A stretch of DNA of 64,000 bases, taken from NCBI GenBank assembly GCA_030390025.1, contig JASTWF010000088.1, forward strand, positions 62,001-126,000, in the 5' to 3' direction. Below, piece after piece: positions 49,804-60,239 of this stretch. This DNA comes from Squalus acanthias (Eukaryota). The notes below the pieces were generated by a model that made no database searches, was not told the origin of the DNA, and saw only the letters and a program-made list of their open reading frames with translations. Positions within the stretch are counted from its first letter, which is position 1; every line of letters starts with the position of its first letter. Position numbers and translations under genes: made by a program.

Positions 49804-49906
49804 ATGCGGAGATGCCGGTGTTGGACTGGGGTGGACAAATGTGAGAAGTGGCACAACACCAGGTTATAGTCCAACAGCTTTATTTGAAATCACAAGCTTT
49901 CGGAGC
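49804..49906 (-). mobile_element. Terminal segment of a Penelope-type repeat (the Tx1 target), cut within its hammerhead motif
   Basis: - strand gctcc-GAAA-GCTT-gtgatttcaaataaagctgttggactataacctggtgttg...cagtccaacaccggcatc. Confidence 0.6.
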
Positions 49907-50883
49907 TGCTGACTGAGGAGCAGAAGCAGCAGAGTGGTGGTCTCTGTGGCCAGGAAGAGGAGAAGGAGAAGGAGACCAGACAGCAGACCACCACCAACAA
50001 CCAACAACTACAACTGAGGTGCCTGGAGAGAGAGGACAGGAGAGGAGAGGAGAAAGAAAAGGGAAGGCCAAGGCCATCAACAACAGAGGAGAGGCCTTTC
50101 CACACTGCCTCCTCAATTGGCCTCCATTTTAGGAGAGGGAGAGAGGGGAGAAAACAACACAACATCCATCATCTGTTTGGAAGGAGGAAGAAGGAAGGAA
50201 AGAACAGCTACAGGTGGGTGTGATTCTGGGGCACTCTCCCAGAGACTTTGTTTTGTAGGTGGGGGGAGGAAAGAAGAAAAAGAAGAAGGCCGGAACATCC
50301 AAGGGGTGTGTGTGTGTGTGTGTGGCTTCTGTAAAAGCTAGGCCGCACACACCATATTAAACACCCCTTTCCCATTGCCTGACCTGGGGCAGCTGGAGCT
50401 GCCTAGGTGAAGTTCCCCAATTAATTATATCCAATTGGGCATCGTTAAGACCTGGTGCAGGACTGAGCCTGGGCATCTCCAGCTATCCCAGGTGAAGACA
50501 TCTTCTCCCCCCACCAGAAGACCACCACCAAAGACTTTTTTACATCGGAGAGTGCACCCCCCTGCCAACACCCACCCACCCACCATCCTGAGTGGCGACC
50601 CTGCCCTTGCGGCTTCCCTCCTTCCCACCCCCCTCTCTCTCTCTCTCTCTTTGTCTCTTGTCTCTCTCTGCCTCTCTCTCTCTAAGAGGCACCTCATCTA
50701 TTTTTAATTAAGTACCCATTGAGCAGAGGGGAGAAGGCCCCTCTCCCAATTCAATCAACTAAAGGGAGAGGTGTGCCTTCAATTTAAGAGCTCCCTCTGC
50801 TCAGGGAAAAAAAAAAACCGAGGCCATTAACACCTTCAGGCCTGTGACTTGGGGTGAGTGTAGCCCTTAAAGAACCCTCCATT

Positions 50884-53041
50884 ATGGCGAGTACATCTTC
50901 GTCGGTGGCGGGGGCAGCGAGGACGTACGCGAGCGTGGCAGCCGCGGCCACGGCCGCAGCCACGAGTCCTCCTGTTACCCCGTCACCTTTTACCCTCCTT
51001 ACGAGGAAGAATGGGGTCAAGAGCTACACTCACCCCAACATGACTATAGAGGCGTGCGTTAAAGCCATGGCTGGGGTTGTCGGCCCTTCAGCCATCGTCG
51101 CCGCCTCTAAAATGTACGGCAAGGCTGTGTTCTTCCTGGGGTCGGAGCGGGCGGTGTCCCTGGCCATCGAGAAGGGGCTCACCGTGGGCGGGACCTTCCT
51201 GCCGGTGGACCCCCTTGAGGCCACCGCGCAAAGGATTGTGGTTTCCAACGTCCCGCCCTTTGTTCCGGGTGAGCTCCTCCTCCCCCACCTACGTCAACTG
51301 GGGGAGGTGAGGTCGGGGATCACACCCATCCCGCTCGGCTTCCGGGAAGCCAGCCTTCGGCACGTCTTCTCCTTCCGGCGCCAGCTTTTCGTCCGGCTGG
51401 CGCGGGAGGAGGACGCGGACGGCGCGTTCACGGTGCTCCACGGGGGGACCGCCCACCGCGTCTTCTGGACCTCGGACGGCGTGCGGTGCTACGCCTGTAA
51501 GGAGGTGGGGCACGTCCGCAAAAACTGCCCCGCCTCCAAGGCCGCCACGACACCTGGCGCGGCCGGGGTTGGCGCCGCCGCCCCCCCTCCCCCTGATACT
51601 GTCCGCGCGTCGACGGCGACGGATGCGCGGTCGAAATCGGAGGCCAACTCCACCACGGCCTCCGGCGGGGAGGAGGGAGAGCGTCCGGGGGGAAGGAAGG
51701 CGCGTAGGAAAAATAAACACATAAGGGCGGATCCCCTCGCGGAGGAAACATCTGAATTGGCCGAACTCACGCCCGAGTATATCGCGGAGTTGGTCGGGAC
51801 GCATGAGACTGGGGGGATCCTCGTGCCCGGGCCCGTGACCGTGACCGCAACTGCTAAGGCAGCTGAATCAAGACCTGCGGCCGGGCTCGGGCCCGAGGGG
51901 CCCAAGAAACCCAGTCGTCGGAAAGGGGCAGAGAGGGAGGCCCCAGCAGACATGGAGGCCTCCCCCTCTCCGGGCCCCAATTTGTTAAAAAGAAAGCTCC
52001 GCCCCCAGCAGGAGGACTGCGAGGAGGAAGGTCCCTCCGCAAAAGGGGGGCAGTCGCCCGCCGCGGGTGCTGCGCCCCACCCCACCACCGTCATCGTCGC
52101 GCGCGATCGGCAGGGGTCGTCTGTCCCTCGGGAGGGTGAGGCAGCCGAGTCTGTCCGACCTGTGCCTCCCGGGGATGGGGAAGAGACCCTGCCCGTGGGG
52201 GGGGGCGCGGAACAACCCGCGGAAGAAAATGTAGAAACTGAACCGTTGCTCCTCGCCGGGTCGGGCGTCCTGGGGACTGGGGCGGGCGAGGCCAAAGAGG
52301 CTGAAGCCAAGCCCGCCTTTTATAACCCAGACATCTCCCAGGGACTGCTCGACCTGGTGGAGGAGTGTAGCAATCCCCAGCCCGCTGGGTCGGAGGTTGG
52401 TGGCGGGGAGACGGAAAGCCCCCTGACTCCGTCTCTGTTGTTGGCGCCGGACGTGCTGGAGGAATTTGGGATTATTTTCTCCCCGGTTTCTCCGGTCGCC
52501 CCGGCGCCTGAGGCGGGGGGGGGGCCCCGAACCGCCGCCGCCGCCTCCCGGCCCGGCGCCCCTGAAGGAGCCCAGGGTGGACTCCTCTGCCACCGATCCT
52601 GGGGGTGGGATCGTGACGGAGGCGGGGCCGGCCGGTGCGGCCGAGCCGTTCGCTGCACCCTGTGTGACGGACGGGTTGGCCGCCGGTGACGACCTCCCGG
52701 AGGAGGACGGGGACTCGGTGGGGGGCGCTGAGGAAGATTTGGAGTCCATCAGCAGCGAGGCGATGGACGCCCTCGTGCCCTTCACCGACTCTCCCCTCAT
52801 CCCCGTAGGGGAACTCCGGGATTTTATGGCCGTGAGCCAGGGTCGTCACAAGAAGATCCGGCTGGCCCTCGACAAGTGGTCGGAGCTGACGCTGCTCGTC
52901 GTGTCCGTCCGCGCCGCCGTTAAAATCATGGGCGCGGACAAGGACGTTGACCGGCTCGAGCTGCGTCGGCTCAAGACGTTCCACACTGGGCTGCTGAGGG
53001 AGTGGCGGTCGTCAGTGACCGCCCTCCCTCCCCTCCGTTAG
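50884..53041 (+). CDS. Tx1 ORF1 (CCHC knuckle), about 718 aa, with a +1 G in the run at 52515-52524
   Basis: IVAASKMYGKAVFFL, SNVPPF, SFRRQ and CYACKEVGHVRKNC. Confidence 0.85.
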
Positions 53042-53066
53042 GTAGAGGTTGCACTATGCTTCTGAG

Positions 53067-56000
53067 ATGAAGATAACCATAGCCAGCCTCAACATCAACG
53101 GCAGCAGGGAGGCGCGCCGTAGATTCAATAACTTCTCGGTCCTTCGGGATGGGAAATATGCGGTGTGCTTCCTGCAAGAAACCCACACCGTTCCGGGAGA
53201 CGAGGCCACGTGGCTCCTGGAGTGGCAAGGAGGGGTCAGCATGAGTCACCTCTCCAACAATTCCTGCGGGGTGGCTGTCTTGCTGGCCCCGCTTTTTCAG
53301 CCGGAGATCTTGAGGGTCAAGGAGCACGTGCCGGGCCGCTTGCTCCAGGTCACTGTTCGCCTGGGAGGCGTGCCGCTCCATTTAGTGAACGTGTACGCCC
53401 CCCGGACCGGTGCGCAGCAAGTGCGCTTCTTCGGAGAAGTGTCCGCTCTTCTGGGCTCCATCGACGTGGGCGAGTGCGTCATCCTCGGGGGGGATTTCAA
53501 TTGTACCCTCGAGGCGCGGGACCGGTCGGGTCCCCCGCGAAGCCCGGCGGCGATGGAGAAGTTGCGGGACCTGGTCGGGTCCTTCGACTTGGTGGACGTC
53601 TGGCGAAATCTCCATCCCGACTCCAGCGCCTTCACGAGCGTGAGGTCTGGAGGAGGAAGGTCCAGAATCGACCGCCTTTACATTTCCCGGGCGTACGTCT
53701 CCTGCGTTCCGGCGGCTTCCATGCGGCCGGTGCCGTGCACGGACCACCACCTGGTGTGGGCGGAGCTCGCTCCGCTGCGCGCGCGGGGGGGGTCCGCGTA
53801 CTGGCATTTTAACAACCTGCTGCTGGAGGACGCGCGGTTCCGGGATTCGTTTCGCCGGTTCTGGGCCGACTGGAGAAGGAAGCGGGGAGGCTTCCCCTCC
53901 TTGAGGCTATGGTGGGACGTGGGCAAGGCTCACGTCCGCGTCTTCTGTCAGGAGTACGCGAAGGGGTCGACCAAGAGGCGGGAGGCCCGGGTCGGGCGAT
54001 TGGAGAAAGAAGTGCTCGACCTGGAGTCCCGTCTCGGTCAAGTCGTCGAGGACCCGGCCCTGCGGAAGGTGTACGAAGAGAAGAAGGGCGCGCTGAAGGA
54101 CCTGCAGCTGGTCGGGTCCCGAGGCGCGTACGTGAGGTCGCGGATCCAGCTCCTGCGGGACCTGGACCGCGGCTCCCCCTTCTTCTACTCGCTGGAAAAA
54201 AGACGGGGGGTCCGTAAGCAGCTCTTGGAGCTGCTGGCCGACGACGGATCTCTGGTCTCGGATCCGGAGGGCATCAGCGCGGAGGCCCGGGCCTATTACG
54301 GGGCTCTGTTCTCTTCGGATCCGTCCAGCGAGGATGCGCGCAGAGTTTTGTGGGAGGACCTGCCGAAGGTCGGCCCGGAGGGCGCCGAGAATCTAGAAGC
54401 TCCGCTAAGCCTGGCGGAGCTGACCGGCGCCCTGCGCCAGCTCTCGAGGGGCAAGTCCCCGGGGCTGGACGGGCTGACCGTGGAGTTCCACAGGGCGTTC
54501 TGGGACGTCTTGGGGGACGACTACGCGCGGGTCCTGGGGGAAAGTCTGGCGACCGGGGAGATGCCCCTCTCTTGGCGCAGGGCGGTCATCGTCCTGCTGC
54601 CCAAGAAGGGCGATCTCCGCCTACTTAAGAACTGGCGCCCGGTCTCCCTCCTCAGCACGGACTACAAAATTTTCGCCAGGGCTATGTCTGCTCGCCTTGG
54701 CACCGTGCTGGCCCGCATGATCCACCCCGACCAGTCCTACACGGTCCCGGGCCGGAGTATCCACGATAACATCCATCTGGTCCGGGACCTGGTCCACCAT
54801 TCCCAGAGGGCTGGTCTGTCGGTCGCCTTCCTTTCCCTGGATCAGGAGAAGGCGTTCGACAGGGTGGATCACGAGTATCTTTTCGGGACTCTGCGCGCGT
54901 TCGGGTTCGGGACGCATTTCGTCGCCCGGATCCGACTTCTGTACGCCGCCGCGGAGTGTCTGATTAAAGTTAACGGGTCTTTGACGGCGCCCCTTCGCTT
55001 CGGGAGGGGGGTGCGTCAGGGATGCCCCATGTCCGGTCAGTTATACGCCGTTTGCGTGGAGCCTTTCCTGCGCCTCTTGCGGAAGAGGTTGACGGGACTG
55101 GCTCTGCAAGGGCCGGGCGTGGAGGTGGTCCTCTCGGCTTACGCCGATGACGTGCTCCTCGCGGTCACGGATCCCGTCGACTTGCGGAGGATGCGAGAAT
55201 GCCAGCAGATTTACTCGGACGCATCCTCCGCCAAGATCAACTGGGAGAAATGTTCTGGACTCCTGGTGGGCCCATGGCGGGTGGACTCCCTGCCGGAGGA
55301 GTTCGGGCCTTTCGCCTGGAGCACCACGCACCTCCTCTACCTGGGAGTCTACCTCAGCCCGGCCGAGGACGCCTGGCCGGCGAACTGGCAAGAGCTGGAG
55401 GCCAAAGTCACCGCTCGCCTAGGACGCTGGACAGGACTGCTCCGAGTGTTGTCCTACAGGGGTCGAGCGCTGGTCATAAACCAGCTGGTGGCCGCCATGT
55501 TGTGGTACCGGTTGGTCACTTTGATCCCTCCCCCTGCGTTTGTCGCCAAGATGCAGAAGAAGCTCGTCGACTTCTTCTGGGACAAAAGGAAGCACTGGGT
55601 CTCTGCCGCGGTTTTGAGTCTCCCGCTTAGGGAGGGCGGTCAGGCGCTGGTGTGCCTTCGCACCCAGGCGGCGACTTTCCGTCTTCAGACGCTGCAGAGA
55701 TACCTGTACGTGGAGAATCCTCCTAGGTGGCGTGCGCTGGCGACGTATTTCTTCCGCCAGCTGCACGGCCTCAATTACGACACGCAGCTCCTGTTTGTGA
55801 GAGTGGGTGGCACGCGTGCCAGCCTGCGGGAGCTGCCTGTCTTCTACCAGGAACTGCTATGGGTTTGGAACAGCGTCGCCTCCGAGCGCAGTTCTCCCCC
55901 GTCAGGAGCGGCGGCCGTCCTTCGGGAGCCGCTGTTCAGGAATCCGCACCTCCACGACCGCGGGTTCGGCTGGCTGGCGGAGGGCAGGGCTGTGCCCGGT

Positions 56001-56966
56001 AAGGTGACCAGAGTCGGGGACCTGCTCGATGGCGGAGGAGCGGGCTGGATGGCGCCGGAGGAGTTGGCGAGGCGCATGTCTTGGGTCAACGTCCGGCTCG
56101 CGGTCAAAGCCATCGAGTCGCTAAAAGTGGCACTGGGCCCCGTCTCCACTAGGTGTGTCGAGGAGGCTCAAGCACGTGGGGCGATCCCGTCCGAACTGAC
56201 CCCCGTTCGGACGGAATTCCTTATCGGCGCCCGGCCCCGAATCCTCCCTCGGGAGCCGCCGCCTCACCACTTGAGCCTTCTCGGAGAAATGCCCTCCGTG
56301 CCCTTTCAATCCGCACGGAGGCGTTTCCTGTACGGGCTGCTCCTGCACACTCTCCACTTTGCCATCTTCGTCTGCCGTCCGGACACGCCTTGGCGTACCA
56401 TCCTGCCGTCCGGCGGAGGCGAAGGTCCCCATTGGAAGGCTCTCTACGCGGGAGTCTTCCCTTGTTCTATTGGGGACTTGGCCTGGAGGGTGTTGCACGG
56501 AGCAGTCCCGTGCAATAGGATTTTAAGTAGGTTTACGGACTCCCAGGCTGCTTGCCATTTTTGCGGCCTGGAGGAGTCCGTTTATCACATTTATGTTGAA
56601 TGTGAGAGGTTGCAGCCCCTCTTTCATTATTTGAAGGGGCTGCTCCTCAATTTCTGGTTGCACTTCAGCCCCACGCTCCTGATCTACGGTCACCCGGTGC
56701 GGAGGGGAGCGGGTAGGTCGGAGGACCTCCTCGTAGGACTGCTCCTGGGCCTGGCCAAGAAAGCCATTAATTGGTCCAGGCAGCGGGCGGTCGAGGGGGT
56801 CGTTCGGCCCGATTGCCTGCCTCTCTTCCGCGGCCATGTTCGCGCCCGGGTGGCCCTGGAGATGGAGCACGCGGTGTCCGCCGGCACGCTTGAGTTTTTC
56901 CGCGACCGGTGGGCACCGCGGGGACTGGAGTGCATCGTCACCCCGGACTTTCAAATTTTAATTTGA
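53067..56966 (+). CDS. Tx1 ORF2 (APE endonuclease-RT-zinc finger), 1299 aa, intact
   Basis: SLNING, LQETH, GGDFN, RIDR, TDH, GVRQGCP, YADD and CHFCGLEESVYHIYVEC. Confidence 0.95.
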   Translation: MKITIASLNINGSREARRRFNNFSVLRDGKYAVCFLQETHTVPGDEATWLLEWQGGVSMSHLSNNSCGVAVLLAPLFQPEILRVKEHVPGRLLQVTVRLGGVPLHLVNVYAPRTGAQQVRFFGEVSALLGSIDVGECVILGGDFNCTLEARDRSGPPRSPAAMEKLRDLVGSFDLVDVWRNLHPDSSAFTSVRSGGGRSRIDRLYISRAYVSCVPAASMRPVPCTDHHLVWAELAPLRARGGSAYWHFNNLLLEDARFRDSFRRFWADWRRKRGGFPSLRLWWDVGKAHVRVFCQEYAKGSTKRREARVGRLEKEVLDLESRLGQVVEDPALRKVYEEKKGALKDLQLVGSRGAYVRSRIQLLRDLDRGSPFFYSLEKRRGVRKQLLELLADDGSLVSDPEGISAEARAYYGALFSSDPSSEDARRVLWEDLPKVGPEGAENLEAPLSLAELTGALRQLSRGKSPGLDGLTVEFHRAFWDVLGDDYARVLGESLATGEMPLSWRRAVIVLLPKKGDLRLLKNWRPVSLLSTDYKIFARAMSARLGTVLARMIHPDQSYTVPGRSIHDNIHLVRDLVHHSQRAGLSVAFLSLDQEKAFDRVDHEYLFGTLRAFGFGTHFVARIRLLYAAAECLIKVNGSLTAPLRFGRGVRQGCPMSGQLYAVCVEPFLRLLRKRLTGLALQGPGVEVVLSAYADDVLLAVTDPVDLRRMRECQQIYSDASSAKINWEKCSGLLVGPWRVDSLPEEFGPFAWSTTHLLYLGVYLSPAEDAWPANWQELEAKVTARLGRWTGLLRVLSYRGRALVINQLVAAMLWYRLVTLIPPPAFVAKMQKKLVDFFWDKRKHWVSAAVLSLPLREGGQALVCLRTQAATFRLQTLQRYLYVENPPRWRALATYFFRQLHGLNYDTQLLFVRVGGTRASLRELPVFYQELLWVWNSVASERSSPPSGAAAVLREPLFRNPHLHDRGFGWLAEGRAVPGKVTRVGDLLDGGGAGWMAPEELARRMSWVNVRLAVKAIESLKVALGPVSTRCVEEAQARGAIPSELTPVRTEFLIGARPRILPREPPPHHLSLLGEMPSVPFQSARRRFLYGLLLHTLHFAIFVCRPDTPWRTILPSGGGEGPHWKALYAGVFPCSIGDLAWRVLHGAVPCNRILSRFTDSQAACHFCGLEESVYHIYVECERLQPLFHYLKGLLLNFWLHFSPTLLIYGHPVRRGAGRSEDLLVGLLLGLAKKAINWSRQRAVEGVVRPDCLPLFRGHVRARVALEMEHAVSAGTLEFFRDRWAPRGLECIVTPDFQILI

Positions 56967-58062
56967 TTTATTAAGTTTCATTTCAAGTTTTAATTGATTT
57001 ACCGTAAATTTGTGTTGTCCAACCAAAAAGAGCAACACCAGGTTATAGTCCAACAGCTTTATTTGAAATCACAAGCTTTCGGAGCTGCTGACTGAGGAGC
57101 AGAAGCAGCAGAGTGGTGGTCTCTGTGGCCAGGAAGAGGAGAAGGAGAAGGAGACCAGACAGCAGACCACCACCAACAACCAACAACTACAACTGAGGTG
57201 CCTGGAGAGAGAGGACAGGAGAGGAGAGGAGAAAGAAAAGGGAAGGCCAAGGCCATCAACAACAGAGGAGAGGCCTTTCCACACTGCCTCCTCAATTGGC
57301 CTCCATTTTAGGAGAGGGAGAGAGGGGAGAAAACAACACAACATCCATCATCTGTTTGGAAGGAGGAAGAAGGAAGGAAAGAACAGCTACAGGTGGGTGT
57401 GATTCTGGGGCACTCTCCCAGAGACTTTGTTTTGTAGGTGGGGGGAGGAAAGAAGAAAAAGAAGAAGGCCGGAACATCCAAGGGGTGTGTGTGTGTGTGT
57501 GTGGCTTCTGTAAAAGCTAGGCCGCACACACCATATTAAACACCCCTTTCCCATTGCCTGACCTGGGGCAGCTGGAGCTGCCTAGGTGAAGTTCCCCAAT
57601 TAATTATATCCAATTGGGCATCGTTAAGACCTGGTGCAGGACTGAGCCTGGGCATCTCCAGCTATCCCAGGTGAAGACATCTTCTCCCCCCACCAGAAGA
57701 CCACCACCAAAGACTTTTTTACATCGGAGAGTGCACCCCCCTGCCAACACCCACCCACCCACCATCCTGAGTGGCGACCCTGCCCTTGCGGCTTCCCTCC
57801 TTCCCACCCCCCTCTCTCTCTCTCTCTCTTTGTCTCTTGTCTCTCTCTGCCTCTCTCTCTCTAAGAGGCACCTCATCTATTTTTAATTAAGTACCCATTG
57901 AGCAGAGGGGAGAAGGCCCCTCTCCCAATTCAATCAACTAAAGGGAGAGGTGTGCCTTCAATTTAAGAGCTCCCTCTGCTCAGGGAAAAAAAAAAACCGA
58001 GGCCATTAACACCTTCAGGCCTGTGACTTGGGGTGAGTGTAGCCCTTAAAGAACCCTCCATT

Positions 58063-60214
58063 ATGGCGAGTACATCTTCGTCGGTGGCGGGGGCAGCGAG
58101 GACGTACGCGAGCGTGGCAGCCGCGGCCACGGCCGCAGCCACGAGTCCTCCTGTTACCCCGTCACCTTTTACCCTCCTTACGAGGAAGAATGGGGTCAAG
58201 AGCTACACTCACCCCAACATGACTATAGAGGCGTGCGTTAAAGCCATGGCTGGGGTTGTCGGCCCTTCAGCCATCGTCGCCGCCTCTAAAATGTACGGCA
58301 AGGCTGTGTTCTTCCTGGGGTCGGAGCGGGCGGTGTCCCTGGCCATCGAGAAGGGGCTCACCGTGGGCGGGACCTTCCTGCCGGTGGACCCCCTTGAGGC
58401 CACCGCGCAAAGGATTGTGGTCTCCAACGTCCCGCCCTTTGTTCCGGGTGAGCTCCTCCTCCCCCACCTACGTCAACTGGGGGAGGTGAGGTCGGGGATC
58501 ACACCCATCCCGCTCGGCTTCCGGGAAGCCAGCCTTCGGCACGTCTTCTCCTTCCGGCGCCAGCTTTTCGTCCGGCTGGCGCGGGAGGAGGACGCGGATG
58601 GCGCGTTCACGGTGCTCCACGGGGGGACCGCCCACCGCGTCTTCTGGACCTCGGACGGCGCGCGGTGCTACGCCTGTAAGGAGGTGGGGCACGTCCGCAA
58701 AAACTGCCCCGCCTCCAAGGCCGCCACGACACCTGGCGCGGCCGGGGTTGGCGCCGCCGCCCCCCCTCCCCCTGATACTGTCCGCGCGTCGACGGCGACG
58801 GATGCGCGGTCGAAATCGGAGGCCAACGCCACCACGGCCTCCGGCGGGGAGGAGGGAGAGCGTCCGGGGGGAAGGAAGGCGCGTAGGAAAAATAAACACA
58901 TAAGGGCGGATCCCCTCGCGGAGGAAACATCTGAATTGGCCGAACTCACGCCCGAGTATATCGCGGAGTTGGTCGGGACGCATGAGACTGGGGGGGTCCT
59001 CGTGCCCGGGCCCGTGACCGCAACCGCCGAGGCGGCTAAATCAAGACCTGCGGCCGGGCTCGGGCCCGAGGGGCCCAAGAAACCCAGTCGTCGGAAGGGG
59101 GCAGAGAGGGAGGCCCCAGCAGACATGGAGGCCTCCCCCTCTCCGGGCCCCAACTTGTTAAAAAGAAAGCTCCGCCCCCAGCAGGAGAACTGCGAGGAGG
59201 AAGGTCCCTCCGCAAAAGGGGGGCAGTCGCCCGCCGCGGGTGCTGCGCCCCACCCCACCACCGTCATCGTCGCGCGCGATCGGCAGGGGTCGTCTGTCCC
59301 TCGGGAGGGTGAGACAGACGAGTCTGTCCGACCTGTGCCTCCCGGGGATGGGGAAGAGACCCTGCCCGTGGGGGGGGGGCGCGGAACAACCCGCGGAGGG
59401 AAATGTAGTACCGGAACCGTTGCTCCTCGCCGGGTCGGGCGTCCTGGGGACTGGGGCGGGCGAGGCCAAAGAGGCTGAAGCCGAGCCCGCCTTTTATAAC
59501 CCAGACATCTCCCAGGGACTGCTCGACCTGGTGGAGGAGTGTAGCAATCCCCAGCCTGCTGGGTCGGAGGTTGGTGGCGGGGAGACGGAAAGCCCCCTGA
59601 CTCCGTCTCTGTTGTTGGCGCCGGACGTGCTGGAGGAATTTGGGATTATTTTCTCCCCGGTTTCTCCGGTCGCCCCGGCGCCTGAGGCGGGGGGGGGCCC
59701 CGAACCGCCGCCGCCGCCTCCCGGCCCGGCGCCCCTGAAGGAGCCCAGGGTGGACTCCTCTGCCACCGATCCTGGGGGTGGGATCGTGACGGAGGCGGGG
59801 CCGGCCGGTGCGGCCGAGCCGTTCGCTGCACCCCGTGCGACGGACGGGTCGGCCGTCGGTGACGACCTCCCGGAGGAGGACGGGGACTCGGTGTTGGGCA
59901 ACGAGGACGATTTGGAGTCCATCGGCAGCGAGGTGATGGACGCCCTCGTGCCCTTCACTGACTCTCCCCTCATCCCCGTAGGGGAACTCCGGGATTTTAT
60001 GGCCGTGAGCCAGGGTCGTCACAAGAAGATCCGGCTGGCCCTCGACAAGTGGTCGGAGCTGACGCTGCTCGTCGTGTCCGTCCGCGCCGCCGTTAAAATC
60101 ATGGGCGCGGACAAGGACGTTGACCGGCTCGAGCTGCGTCGGCTCAAGACGTTCCACACTGGGCTGCTGAGGGAGTGGCGGTCGTCAGTGACCGCCCTCC
60201 CTCCCCTCCGTTAG
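58063..60214 (+). CDS. Tx1 ORF1, copy 2, with a +1 G in the run at 59370-59379
   Basis: Homologous to copy 1, with the frameshift in a different G run. Confidence 0.85.
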
Positions 60215-60239
60215 GTAGAGGTTGCACTATGCTTCTGAG

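Larger units (their letters stand above)
49907..57032 (+). mobile_element. Tx1-clade non-LTR retrotransposon, copy 1, full length
   Basis: ~980-bp 5'UTR, ORF1, ORF2 and short 3'UTR; flanked by a 53-bp direct repeat (49854-49906 / 57033-57085). Confidence 0.92.

Noticed and set aside
49275-49874. 199-aa ORF on the - strand
   Set aside because: Chance fusion of the Penelope tail with a CR1 RT fragment
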